64,000 bases of DNA from Candidatus Eiseniibacteriota bacterium (GCA_963717505.1 OY970342.1:800001-864000), one strand, 5' to 3'. Counted from the stretch's first letter, positions 42,988-52,407 are shown. The notes: generated by a model not told the origin, from the letters alone. A program made the numbers and translations.

Positions 42988-43713
42988 TCTTCACGTCCTG
43001 AGAGGAATCCTCGCCGGACGTAGAGTTTCTCTCCGCGCGCGGAGTCCGCCCGCGCCGCCGCCCCGCGTCCCCCATCCCGCTAACTCGCTCTCCCCGAACC
43101 ACCTCGCGCCCTTGCCCCGCTCCGCCGCACGACCGGCACGTGCGCTGCTCTACCTCCCCCGCGAAGCAACTCACCACTCGATGGCTCTCGCGAAAGGAGG
43201 ACGGCACCACCCGAACACCACCGGCTCTACCCCGAGGATCCCAGTTCGCTCGATCGCTCCACCAAAAACCCTTCACTCACTTCAACCACTCACTCTCAAC
43301 CAACTCTAAGGAGATCACCACCATGTACCGCAATCGCAAGTCGCTCATGCTGACCCTGGTCGCCGCCCTCTGCCTCTCGATTCCGTTCGCCCATGCCGAT
43401 GGCAGCAACGCCCAGGTCACCCTCAACGTCGAATCTGTCTGCGGCCGGGGCTCCAACATCTTCAACATCCGCAACGCCGGCACCACCACCTCCTCGACCA
43501 TGCGTTATCGCCTGATCGCTCGCGCCAGCGAGTTCATGCCGCCGCTGCACACCTGGCAGCTGGTGCTGATGCCCCTGGCGCCCGGTCAGGTGTTCCGGCT
43601 CTACGCACCGCGCGACGCCCACGGCCTCAAGCTCAGCATCGAGGTCGAGACCGTCCCCGGTACCGTGGTCAATCAGCAGCAACGGGCGGTCTCCTACCCC
43701 AACTTCTGCTGGT
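42988..43713 (+). repeat. Inverted repeat, right arm (726 bp)
   Basis: Reverse complement of 38372-39097. Confidence 0.95.
43133..43149 (+). promoter_or_regulatory. Putative sigma54 -24/-12 promoter (right arm)
   Basis: CCGGCACGTGCGCTGCT, with GG at 43135-43136 and GC at 43147-43148. Confidence 0.7.
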
Positions 43714-43715
43714 AA
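43323..43715 (+). CDS. Small secreted protein, copy 2 (130 aa)
   Basis: TAAGGAG RBS, ATG 43323, TAA stop; identical protein to copy 1. Confidence 0.88.
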   Translation: MYRNRKSLMLTLVAALCLSIPFAHADGSNAQVTLNVESVCGRGSNIFNIRNAGTTTSSTMRYRLIARASEFMPPLHTWQLVLMPLAPGQVFRLYAPRDAHGLKLSIEVETVPGTVVNQQQRAVSYPNFCW

Positions 43716-43742
43716 CGCCGGTTCGACAGGCGGCAATGAATG

Positions 43743-43774
43743 CGAGGGGTGGCGAAAGCCACCCCTCGTTGTTT
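43743..43774 (+). terminator. Rho-independent terminator
   Basis: CGAGGGGTGGC-GAAA-GCCACCCCTCG followed by TTGTTT. Confidence 0.85.
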
Positions 43775-43801
43775 CGTGCGCGCCGCACCGCCTGGGCACC
43801 G

Positions 43802-45630
43802 TCATCGGATGAGCACCATGCGGGCGCGCAGCACCTGACCACCGTGCATCAGTCGAATGAAATAGAGCCCCGCCCGCAGACGCGGAGAGTCGAGCGTCAC
43901 CACGTGGCTCCCCGGGCCGAGCCCGCCGACATCGCGGCGCAGCACCCGGCGCCCGGCGAGGTCGATCACCTCGAGCACCCCCGGGTCGCGGCTCGGCAGG
44001 GTGAATGCGATCCGTGCCGTTCCTATCGCGGGGTTGGGACGCGCTCCGGCCAGCGCCAGCTTCGGCGGTCCTTCAATCTCGACATCAGTGGTCGAGGTGA
44101 TCTGGACGTCAAATCCGGGCGGACCCGGCGGGTCCTCGCGATTGTCCACGTGGTCACGGGCACGGCTGTAGAACGCGTACGTGTGGGGCTGGAGGTCACC
44201 GGGGCGCCGCTCGAAGATGGCGGAGGTGAGCGGGGTGGTGAGCCACTCATCTTTGAAGGCACCGTCCTCGAAGTAGTAGACCGTGTAGTTCAGGACGTCG
44301 GCGGGGTCGCCCTCCGGTGCCCAGCTCACCGTGAAGCTGCGCTCCATCTGGGGATTGCCCAACGTCAGCACGTGGCTGGCCGGCGGCGTGTCGTCCACGT
44401 AGTTGGTCCACGCCGGGATCGGGACGGTCATCGGCGGGTTGGTGTCGAATCGGATGGTCGCCGAGTTGGTGATCTCGGTGTGCTGGGGCAGGCCGCTGCG
44501 CGGTCGCACGGTGAACAGGACGCTGCCCTCGCCCTCGGGTGAGTTGTTGTTGGCGGGCAGGAACCCGGCGCCGGGCGGCAGCGGACCATTGGGGTTCACC
44601 GAGTTGAAGTACCAGGTCAGCGTCCTGCCGATCAGGGTCACGTTCACGTCGACTCTCAGGTTCGGGTTCAGGAGCTTCGATTCCGTCCGATCGAATTGCG
44701 GGTAGCAATGGTAGGGAGTGCCGGTCGGGTCCTTGCCGAAGGTGACGGTGCCGAGCCTGAGGGTGGCCGGGTCGAGATCGGCGTCGAGCACGTCGGTCAC
44801 CTGCGCGTGCTGGGCGGGGAACATCGCGCCGGCCAGGTTCTCGAAGTGGATCGTGTAGGTGAGGTCATCCCGACTGGTGATGGTGCCGCCGATGCCCCGG
44901 TTGCCGAACTTGTCGCTGGGGTCGACCGCCCCCCCGGCCTCGACCAGCAGCACCTCGCGCCAGGTGGTCGACAGCGACTGGCCGCAGCCCGTCGGAACCG
45001 AGTCCTGCTCGACCGACTGGAGCATGAAGCCCAGCGCCTGGCGGGCTTCGGCCAGCGCGGCGGCCAGGCTGGCGGCGCCCTCGCACTGCCAGCCGATCTT
45101 GGCCCACACCCCGATCCCATTCATCGCCTGGACTTGCGGCTGGCCGGCGAGACTGTCGTTGAGTGCCGTGAGCTGGCTCCCCATGCAGGCGGTGTTGGTG
45201 ATCACGGCGCTCATGCAGTTGCGAAACGCGGTGTTGTTCACCCACGGCGGCGTCAACGCCACGGTGAGCGGGAACGTCGTGGGAGCGGGGACCGTCAGGT
45301 ACACCCTGCGGACCGAGGTCCCCGGCGGCACGCGCGGGATGATCATCGCCAGGTAGCGGCCGCCGGCACTGGCCAAAGTGTCCGGGAGCAGGCTCCAGAT
45401 GGGTTCGCCACCGCTCTGCGGCGGATCGGCGAGCGGGAAGTCGAGCGCGACGGTGGCACTGTCGGGTATGCCAGCGATCCACAGCGGCACGGTCAGCGCA
45501 TCGATATTGCCGGGGTTCTGGAGAACGAGGTCGAAGGCGGTTGGATAGCCGGTGCGGATGACGTCCGGGCCAATGATGTCGACGCGCAACGGGGCCGCCG
45601 CCCCGCTGTCGATGGTGAAGCCGTTGGGCA
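43802..45630. repeat. Direct repeat of about 1.8 kb shared by the 3' halves of the tandem paralogs (other copy about 48181-50000)
   Basis: Long runs of identical DNA; the last ~80 aa of the two proteins are nearly identical. Confidence 0.9.
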
Positions 45631-47989
45631 GGGACGCAGTCTGGAGGTCGGGGTTGACGACCACCACGTCCCACAGGCCCTGCGCCTGGCCGGCTAGGTC
45701 GAAGGTCGCGGTGAGGCTGAGACCATCGTCCGCCACTAGCACCCCGCTGCCCGGAATGTCCGGTTGTCCCGAGCGCGAGAGCCTGACCGTGGCGCCGTTC
45801 AGCAGGTTGTGTCCCGCGACCGTAACCGTCACGACGCCAGTGTTACCGCCGCTCGCTGGCTGCACCGCCTGGACGTCCGGCATGGCTGCGATGGCAGCGA
45901 TGCCGCTCTGTGGCAACCCGCCGATGCTGGTGAAGGACCCGCCTGCGTAGATCGTAGAGCCGCTCACCGTGAGGGCCAACACGAGGCTGGCGGCGTCCGG
46001 ATTCCAGGCGGTGGCGGCACCGGCCGTGGCATCGAGGGCGGCGACGTAGTTACGCGCTTGCGCGCCGATGCTGGTGAAGTCCCCGCCCGCGTAGACCGTG
46101 GAGCCGCTCACCGCCAGGGCGCGGACCCCGGCGTTGGCGCTCGGGCTCCATGCGGAGGCCACTCCGGTGATGGTATCAAGGGCGGCGACGTAGCTGCGCG
46201 CTTGTGCGCCGATGCTGCTGAAGGCCCCGCCCGCGTACACCGTTGAGCCGTTCACCGCCAGGGCGAGGACGAAGCTGTTGGCGTTTGGGTTCCAGGCAGT
46301 GGCGAGCCCGGTGGTGGCATTGAGCGCCGCGATGCGGTTGCGCGCCTGCCCGCCGATGCTGGTGAAGTCCCCGCCCGCATAGACCGTGGAGCCGCTCACC
46401 GCCAGGGCGGAGACGTAGCCGTTCGCGTTCGGGTTCCAGGCGGTGGCCATGCCGGTCGTGGCATCGAGGGCGGCGATGTAATTGCGCGCTTGCCCGCCGA
46501 TACTGGTGAAGTCGCCGCCCGCGTAGACCGTGGAGCCGCTCACCGCGAGGGCCCGGACACTCTGGTCGGCGTTCGGGCTCCAGGCAGTGGCGAGCCCGGT
46601 GGTGGCATCGAGCGACGCGATCCGGTTGCGCGCCTGCCCGCCGATGCTGGTGAAGCCCCCCACCGCGTAGACGGTGGAACCGCTCACCCCCAGGGCCAAG
46701 ACGGGCCCATCGGCGTTCGGGTTCCAGGCGGTGGCGGCCCCGGTTGTGGCGTCCAGGGCGGCGATGTTGTTGCGCGTCTGCCCACCGAGGCTGGTGAATT
46801 CTCCCCCTGCATAAATGGTGGAGCCACTCACGGCGAGGACCCACACCCCGTTGTTGGCGTTGGGGTCCCAGGCGGTGGCCATACCGGTCGTGGCATCGAG
46901 AGCGGCGATGAAGTTGCGCGCTTGCCCACCGATGCTGGTGAAGTATCCGCCCGCATAAACGGTAAGACCGCTCACCGCGAGGGTGTAGACCTCGCCGTCG
47001 GTGCTCGGGTTCCAGGCAGTGGCGGCACCGGTCCCGGTGTCGAGGGCGGCAATGGTGTTGCGTGTCGAATCGCCGATGCTGGTGAAGGGCCCGCACGCGT
47101 AGACGATGTTGTCGCTTACCGCGATCCCCCAGACGTTGGAGTTCGCGTTCGGGTTCCAGGCGGTGGCCGCGCCGGTCGTGGCGTCGAGGGCGGCGATGTG
47201 GTTGCGAGTCGAATCGCCGATGATCGTGAAGTTCCCTCCCGCGTAGATGGTGGAGTTTCTCACCGCGATCACGTAGAGGTAAGAGTTCGCGTTCGGGTTC
47301 CAGGCGGTGGCCGCGCCGCTCGTAGCATCGAGGGCGGCGATGTAGTTGCGAGTCGAATCGCCGATGCTGGTGAAGGCCCCGCACGCATAGACTGTGGAGC
47401 TGCTCACCGCGAGGCTGCGGACCTCGCCGTCGGCGCTAGGGTTCCAGGCAGTGGCCTCACCGGTCGCGGCATCGAGGGCGGCGATGTAGTTGCGCGCCTG
47501 CCCGCCGATGGTGGTGAAGATCCCGCCCGCGTAGACGGTGGTGCCGCTCACCGCGAGGCAATTAATCAGCGCGTCCGCGTTCGGATTCCAGGTGGATACC
47601 GACATGTCCGAAGCCACGTGGGCAACGTTTGACCGTGGAATGCCTCCCACGGCGGTGAACCATCCTCCCACGTACCAGCCACCTGCTCCGTCGGGGACCG
47701 CCGCATACACGATGCCGGTGATTCTTGGGAACGACGACGGCAGCCCGCCGCTCGCGACATCGATGGGAACGCCACCGCCGGTGGCGGGCCCCACCTGGCT
47801 GAAGGATCCGCCAATGTAAACCGTCCCTCCCTCGCGGACGACGCCATTCACCTGGCCATTCGTGACCCAAAGGTTCTCGTCGATCGCCTGTGCGATCCCC
47901 TCGCCGGCCGTCAACGGCACGAACGCGATGGCTAGGCCGAGGGTGACCAGGTCACGGAAGCGCCGCAAAAAGCCCCGTCGACGCGCCAG
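43802..47989 (-). CDS. Giant secreted protein: 14-blade beta-propeller, IPT/TIG, DPNDK-type (DUF7619-like), FN3-like and FlgD/CTD-like domains (paralog B)
   Basis: 14 propeller repeats; QPASGGNTG IPT-like start; DPSDK...LTYTIHFEN; tail VIDLAGRRV...LRAGLYFIRL. Start uncertain (CTG at 47989 after GAGGAGG proposed). Confidence 0.85.
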   Translation of the reverse strand: MARRRGFLRRFRDLVTLGLAIAFVPLTAGEGIAQAIDENLWVTNGQVNGVVREGGTVYIGGSFSQVGPATGGGVPIDVASGGLPSSFPRITGIVYAAVPDGAGGWYVGGWFTAVGGIPRSNVAHVASDMSVSTWNPNADALINCLAVSGTTVYAGGIFTTIGGQARNYIAALDAATGEATAWNPSADGEVRSLAVSSSTVYACGAFTSIGDSTRNYIAALDATSGAATAWNPNANSYLYVIAVRNSTIYAGGNFTIIGDSTRNHIAALDATTGAATAWNPNANSNVWGIAVSDNIVYACGPFTSIGDSTRNTIAALDTGTGAATAWNPSTDGEVYTLAVSGLTVYAGGYFTSIGGQARNFIAALDATTGMATAWDPNANNGVWVLAVSGSTIYAGGEFTSLGGQTRNNIAALDATTGAATAWNPNADGPVLALGVSGSTVYAVGGFTSIGGQARNRIASLDATTGLATAWSPNADQSVRALAVSGSTVYAGGDFTSIGGQARNYIAALDATTGMATAWNPNANGYVSALAVSGSTVYAGGDFTSIGGQARNRIAALNATTGLATAWNPNANSFVLALAVNGSTVYAGGAFSSIGAQARSYVAALDTITGVASAWSPSANAGVRALAVSGSTVYAGGDFTSIGAQARNYVAALDATAGAATAWNPDAASLVLALTVSGSTIYAGGSFTSIGGLPQSGIAAIAAMPDVQAVQPASGGNTGVVTVTVAGHNLLNGATVRLSRSGQPDIPGSGVLVADDGLSLTATFDLAGQAQGLWDVVVVNPDLQTASLPNGFTIDSGAAAPLRVDIIGPDVIRTGYPTAFDLVLQNPGNIDALTVPLWIAGIPDSATVALDFPLADPPQSGGEPIWSLLPDTLASAGGRYLAMIIPRVPPGTSVRRVYLTVPAPTTFPLTVALTPPWVNNTAFRNCMSAVITNTACMGSQLTALNDSLAGQPQVQAMNGIGVWAKIGWQCEGAASLAAALAEARQALGFMLQSVEQDSVPTGCGQSLSTTWREVLLVEAGGAVDPSDKFGNRGIGGTITSRDDLTYTIHFENLAGAMFPAQHAQVTDVLDADLDPATLRLGTVTFGKDPTGTPYHCYPQFDRTESKLLNPNLRVDVNVTLIGRTLTWYFNSVNPNGPLPPGAGFLPANNNSPEGEGSVLFTVRPRSGLPQHTEITNSATIRFDTNPPMTVPIPAWTNYVDDTPPASHVLTLGNPQMERSFTVSWAPEGDPADVLNYTVYYFEDGAFKDEWLTTPLTSAIFERRPGDLQPHTYAFYSRARDHVDNREDPPGPPGFDVQITSTTDVEIEGPPKLALAGARPNPAIGTARIAFTLPSRDPGVLEVIDLAGRRVLRRDVGGLGPGSHVVTLDSPRLRAGLYFIRLMHGGQVLRARMVLIR

Positions 47990-48180
47990 GAGATGACCCT
48001 CCTCGCGATGCCCAGCACCGCCATGCTCTCCTTGGACCTCAACGGATGTACACGGCGACGACGCGAAGGTTGGCAGTCGCCCCGGTTGCGAGCGGTCGCC
48101 GAATTCATCCGAACACCCCAATCGCGCCGGCACCGACTGCCACGCGGCGCATAGCTCGGGCTTCGGCCCAACCTGAGCGG

Positions 48181-51100
48181 TCATCGGATGAGCACCATGC
48201 GGGCGCGCAGCACCTGCCCACCGTGCATCAGTCGAATGAAATAGAGCCCCGCCCGCAGACGCGGGGAGTCGAGCGTCACCACGTGGCTCCCTGGGCCGAG
48301 CGCGCCGACGTCGCGGCGCAGCACCCGGCGCCCGGCGACGTCGATCACCTCGAGCACCGCCGGGTCGCGGCTCGGTAGGGTGAACGCGATCCGTGCCGAA
48401 CCAATCGCGGGGTTGGGACGCGCTCCGGCCAGCGCCAGCTTTGGCGGTCCTTCAATCTCGACGTCGGTGGTCGAGGTGGTCTGGACGTCGAATCCCGGCG
48501 GATCCGGCGGGTCCTCGCGATTGTCCACGTGGTCACGGGCCTGGCTGTAGAAGCGGTAGACGTGGGGTTGGTGGTCATCGCTGCGCGGCTCGAACACCCC
48601 AAAGGTGAGCGGTGTGCTGAGCCGCGGCAGGAAGGGACCGCCGTCCTCTGAGGCGTAGAGGGTGTAGTTCAGGACGTCGGCGGGGTCGCTATCCGGGGCC
48701 CAGCTCACCGTGAAGCTGCGGCCGATTTGGGGACTGCCCAACGTCAGCACGTGGCTCGCCGGCGGCGTGACGTCCACGAAGTTAGTCCACGCCGGGGTGG
48801 TCATCGTCGGGTTGGTGTCGAATCGGATGGTCGCCGAGTTGGAGATCTCGGTGTGCTGGGGTAGACCGTTGCGCGGTTTCACCGTGAACAGCACGCTGCC
48901 CTCGCCCTCGCCGTGGTCGCCATTCGGAGGCAGGAACCCGGCGTCGGGCGGCAGCGGACCATTGGGGTTCACGGAGTTGAAGTACCAGGTCAGCGTCCTG
49001 CCGATCAGGGTCACGTTCACGTCGACTCTCAGGTTCGAGTTCAGGAGCCTCGATTCCGTCCGATCGAATTCCGGGTAGCAATGGTGGGGAGTGCCGGTCG
49101 GGTCCTTGCCGAAGGTGACGGTGCCGAGCCTGAGGGTGGTCAGGTCGAGATCGGCGTCGAGCACGTCGGTCACCTGCGCGTGCTGGGCGGGGAACAAGGC
49201 GCCGGCCAGGTTCTCGAAGCGGATCGTGTAGGTGAGGTCATCCTGGCCGGTGATGGTGCTGTCCAAGCCGCGGTTGCCAAACTTGTCGTTGGGGTCGATC
49301 GAACCGCCGGCCTCGACCAGCAGCACCTCGCGCCAGGTGGTCGACAGCGACTGGCCGCAGCCCGTCGGGACCGAGTCCTGCTCGACCGACTGGAGCATGA
49401 AACCCAACGCCTGACGCGCCTCGGCCAGCGCGGGAGCCAGACCGAAGGCGCCCTCGCACTGCCAGCCGATCTTCGCCCACACCCCGATCCCATTCATCGC
49501 TTGAATCCCGAGATGGCTCACGAGGTCGTTGAGTTCCGTGAGATGGCTCCCCATGCAATTGGTGTTGGTGATCACGGCGCTCATGCAGTTGCGGAACACC
49601 GTGTTGTTCACCCACGGTGGCGTCAACGCCACGGTGAGCGGGAACGTCGTGGGTGCGGGGACCGTCAGGTACACCCTGCGGACTGAGGTCCCGGGCGGCA
49701 CGCGCGGGATGATCATCGCCAGGTAGCGGCCGCCGGCACTGGTCAAAGTGTCGGGAAGCATGCTCCAGACTGGCTCGCCTGCGTCTTGGGGCGGATCGGC
49801 AAGCGGGAAGTCGAGCGTGACGGTGGCGCTGGTGGGTATACCGGCGATCCACAGCGGCACGGTCAGCGCATCGATGTTGCCGGGGTTCTGGAGGACGAGG
49901 TCGAAGGCGGTTGGATACCCGGTGCGGATGACGTCGGGGCCAATGATGTCCACGCGCAGCGGGACCCCTTCCACGCTGTCGATGGTGAAGCCACCGGCGA
50001 GCGTGGCTGTCTGAAGATCGGGGGTGGTGACCACAACGTCCCATGCACCGACCGCTGCATCCTGCAGATCGAATCTCGCGCCCAGGCTCATTCCGTCTGA
50101 CGCCACCGGGAAGGTGGTGGCGATGATGTCCGGCTCGCCCGAACGGGAGAGTTTCGCCTCCGCGCCGGCCACCAGCCCGCTCCCCGACAACGTCACCGTC
50201 ACCTCGCCGCCGTTGCCGCCGCTCGCCGGCTGCGAGGAAACGAGCGACGGGGCGGCGGCGATCGCGGCGGCGTAGGCCTGGGGCCGACCCCCGACACCGA
50301 GAAAGTCTCCGCCCACGTACAAGGTGACGCCGCTGACCGCGAGCGCTGAAATGCTGAAAGGCTGGGTGGGCCCCTTGGTAAACACCCTGGCGTTGGGATC
50401 GAAGGGGCTGACCCGGGGATTCCACGCGCCGACGGCCGTGCTAGCCGCATCGAACGCGGCGATGAACTTGCGCGGCTGACCGCCGATCGTCGTGAAGTCT
50501 CCTGATGCATAGAGCGTAGTGCCGCTCACTGTCAGTCCGAGGACGTCGAGATCGGCGCCCGGGTCCCAGAGGGTGGCGTGTCCACTCGTGGTGTCGAGGG
50601 CGGCAATGTGGCTACGCAGCTTGCCATCCACGCTGGTGAAACCTCCGCCGATGTAAACCGTCGAGCCGCTCACAGCGATCGCCGACACGTTGTCGTTTGC
50701 GTTCGGATCCCAGGCAGTGGCGGCCCCGGTCGTGGCGTCGAGAGCGGCAATGCGATTGCGGGTCTGGCCGCCGATGCCGGTGAAATACCCACCGGCGTAG
50801 ACCGTCGAGCCGACCACCGCGAGCGCGTCCACCTCGCTGTTGGCGTTCGGGTTGAATGCCGTGGCCGCTCCGCTCGTGCCGTCCAGGGCCGCGATCCAGT
50901 TGCGCGTCTGACCTCCGATCTGACTGAAATTGCCGGCGACATAGATGGTCGAGCCGCTTGGTGCGATGGCGTAGACCGGTCCGATGGCATTGGGATTCCA
51001 CGCGGTCGCGAGGCCGGTCGTGACATCGAGCGCGGCGATTCGATTGCGCGGTTGACCACCGATGCCGGTGAAGTCCCCGCCGGCGTAGAGCGTGGAGCCG

Positions 51101-52407
51101 CTCACGGCCAATGTGCGGACCGGCGCAGTCGCGTTCGGGTTCCAGCTCGTGGCGGAGCCGGTCGAGGCGTCGAGCGCGGCGATGTTGTTGCGTACCAGTC
51201 CGCCGAAGCTGGTGAACACGCCGCCCGCATAGACCACGGAGCCGTTCATCTCCAGGCACTGGACCTCGTGGTTCGGGTTGGGATTCCATGCGCTGGCAAA
51301 CCCGGTTGCTGTGTCGAGGGCCGCAATGAAGTTACGCGACTGGCCGCCGACGCTGGTGAAGCCGCCACCCGCATACAGTGTCGACCCGCTCAGGCGGAGG
51401 GCGTACGTCCTGCCGTTCGGATTTGGGTTCCAGGCGGTCGCGAGCCCGCTGGTCGCGGAGAGGGCGGCGATGGCGCGCCGGGGTTGACCGCCGATACTAA
51501 GGAAGTCGCCGGCCACGTAGATTGTCGAGCCGGCGACCACGATATCGAGAACCGGATGGGTCGAGTTCGGGTCCCAGCTCGTGGGCGTATTGCTCCCGGT
51601 GTTGATCGCCGCGATCCGATTCCGTGGCTGGCCGGCGACGTGCTCGAAATAGCCGCCGATGTAGACCGTCGAGTCGCTGAGCGCGAGTGCATAGACATCG
51701 GCGTCCGGCTGTGGATCCCAACTCGTGGCCAGCCCGGTCATGGCATCGAGGGCCGCGACGTGCCTGCGAGTCTGCCCGCCGATGCTGGTGAATTCGCCGG
51801 CGACATAGACCGTAGAGCCGCTGACGGCGATCCGCCTGATAAAGAACCCGTTCGAGCCGGGGCTCCAGGCGGTGGCGGCGCCGGTCGTGGCGTCGAGTGC
51901 GGCCAGATTGTGGCGGGCCTGACCGCCGATGCTGTCGAAGCTGCCCGCGACGTAGACCACGGAACCGCTCACAGCGAACGCGCAGACGTACCCGTACATC
52001 CCGGCGCCGGTTGACGCGCCGCCAAACATGCGCGGATTCCAGGACGTCACCGACAGGTCCGCGGCGAGATGGGCGACACCGGAACGCGGCACGCCACCCA
52101 CGCTGGTGAACGATCCGCCGAGATACCACCCACCCGCTCCGTCCGGGACGATCGTCCGCACGATGCCGGCGACCTTCGGGAACCCGGCGATTGGTGCTCC
52201 GCTCGTCGCATGCAGCGGCACCCCGCTGCCGGTCGCCGGCCCGACCCGCGAGAACTGACCCCCGATGTAGATCGTACCCGCATCGCTCACGATGGCGTTC
52301 ACCGCGCCGTTCGTCACCCAGAGAGTCGAATCGACGGATTGGGCGGAGGCCATGCGGGCCGCGCCGAGGAGCGCGAGCAGGACCAGTCCGAGCGGTCGGA
52401 GAGCCAT
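48181..52407 (-). CDS. Giant secreted protein with the same architecture (paralog A)
   Basis: Sec signal MALRPLGLVLLALLGAARMASA; 14 propeller repeats; DPNDK...LTYTIRFEN; same C-terminal tail. Confidence 0.9.
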   Translation of the reverse strand: MALRPLGLVLLALLGAARMASAQSVDSTLWVTNGAVNAIVSDAGTIYIGGQFSRVGPATGSGVPLHATSGAPIAGFPKVAGIVRTIVPDGAGGWYLGGSFTSVGGVPRSGVAHLAADLSVTSWNPRMFGGASTGAGMYGYVCAFAVSGSVVYVAGSFDSIGGQARHNLAALDATTGAATAWSPGSNGFFIRRIAVSGSTVYVAGEFTSIGGQTRRHVAALDAMTGLATSWDPQPDADVYALALSDSTVYIGGYFEHVAGQPRNRIAAINTGSNTPTSWDPNSTHPVLDIVVAGSTIYVAGDFLSIGGQPRRAIAALSATSGLATAWNPNPNGRTYALRLSGSTLYAGGGFTSVGGQSRNFIAALDTATGFASAWNPNPNHEVQCLEMNGSVVYAGGVFTSFGGLVRNNIAALDASTGSATSWNPNATAPVRTLAVSGSTLYAGGDFTGIGGQPRNRIAALDVTTGLATAWNPNAIGPVYAIAPSGSTIYVAGNFSQIGGQTRNWIAALDGTSGAATAFNPNANSEVDALAVVGSTVYAGGYFTGIGGQTRNRIAALDATTGAATAWDPNANDNVSAIAVSGSTVYIGGGFTSVDGKLRSHIAALDTTSGHATLWDPGADLDVLGLTVSGTTLYASGDFTTIGGQPRKFIAAFDAASTAVGAWNPRVSPFDPNARVFTKGPTQPFSISALAVSGVTLYVGGDFLGVGGRPQAYAAAIAAAPSLVSSQPASGGNGGEVTVTLSGSGLVAGAEAKLSRSGEPDIIATTFPVASDGMSLGARFDLQDAAVGAWDVVVTTPDLQTATLAGGFTIDSVEGVPLRVDIIGPDVIRTGYPTAFDLVLQNPGNIDALTVPLWIAGIPTSATVTLDFPLADPPQDAGEPVWSMLPDTLTSAGGRYLAMIIPRVPPGTSVRRVYLTVPAPTTFPLTVALTPPWVNNTVFRNCMSAVITNTNCMGSHLTELNDLVSHLGIQAMNGIGVWAKIGWQCEGAFGLAPALAEARQALGFMLQSVEQDSVPTGCGQSLSTTWREVLLVEAGGSIDPNDKFGNRGLDSTITGQDDLTYTIRFENLAGALFPAQHAQVTDVLDADLDLTTLRLGTVTFGKDPTGTPHHCYPEFDRTESRLLNSNLRVDVNVTLIGRTLTWYFNSVNPNGPLPPDAGFLPPNGDHGEGEGSVLFTVKPRNGLPQHTEISNSATIRFDTNPTMTTPAWTNFVDVTPPASHVLTLGSPQIGRSFTVSWAPDSDPADVLNYTLYASEDGGPFLPRLSTPLTFGVFEPRSDDHQPHVYRFYSQARDHVDNREDPPDPPGFDVQTTSTTDVEIEGPPKLALAGARPNPAIGSARIAFTLPSRDPAVLEVIDVAGRRVLRRDVGALGPGSHVVTLDSPRLRAGLYFIRLMHGGQVLRARMVLIR

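Noticed and set aside
43140-43322. 61-aa N-terminal extension of the small protein in the ORF track (191 aa)
   Set aside because: The GTG lies inside the sigma54 promoter motif; the strong RBS and signal peptide support ATG 43323.
38372-43713. Inverted repeats as a composite transposon or IS pair
   Set aside because: The arms encode a secreted protein rather than a transposase; no terminal IRs or target-site duplication seen.
45900-47620. Regular repeats as a CRISPR array or DGR
   Set aside because: 144-bp in-frame coding repeats; no cas genes, no reverse transcriptase and no adenine-specific TR/VR pair seen.
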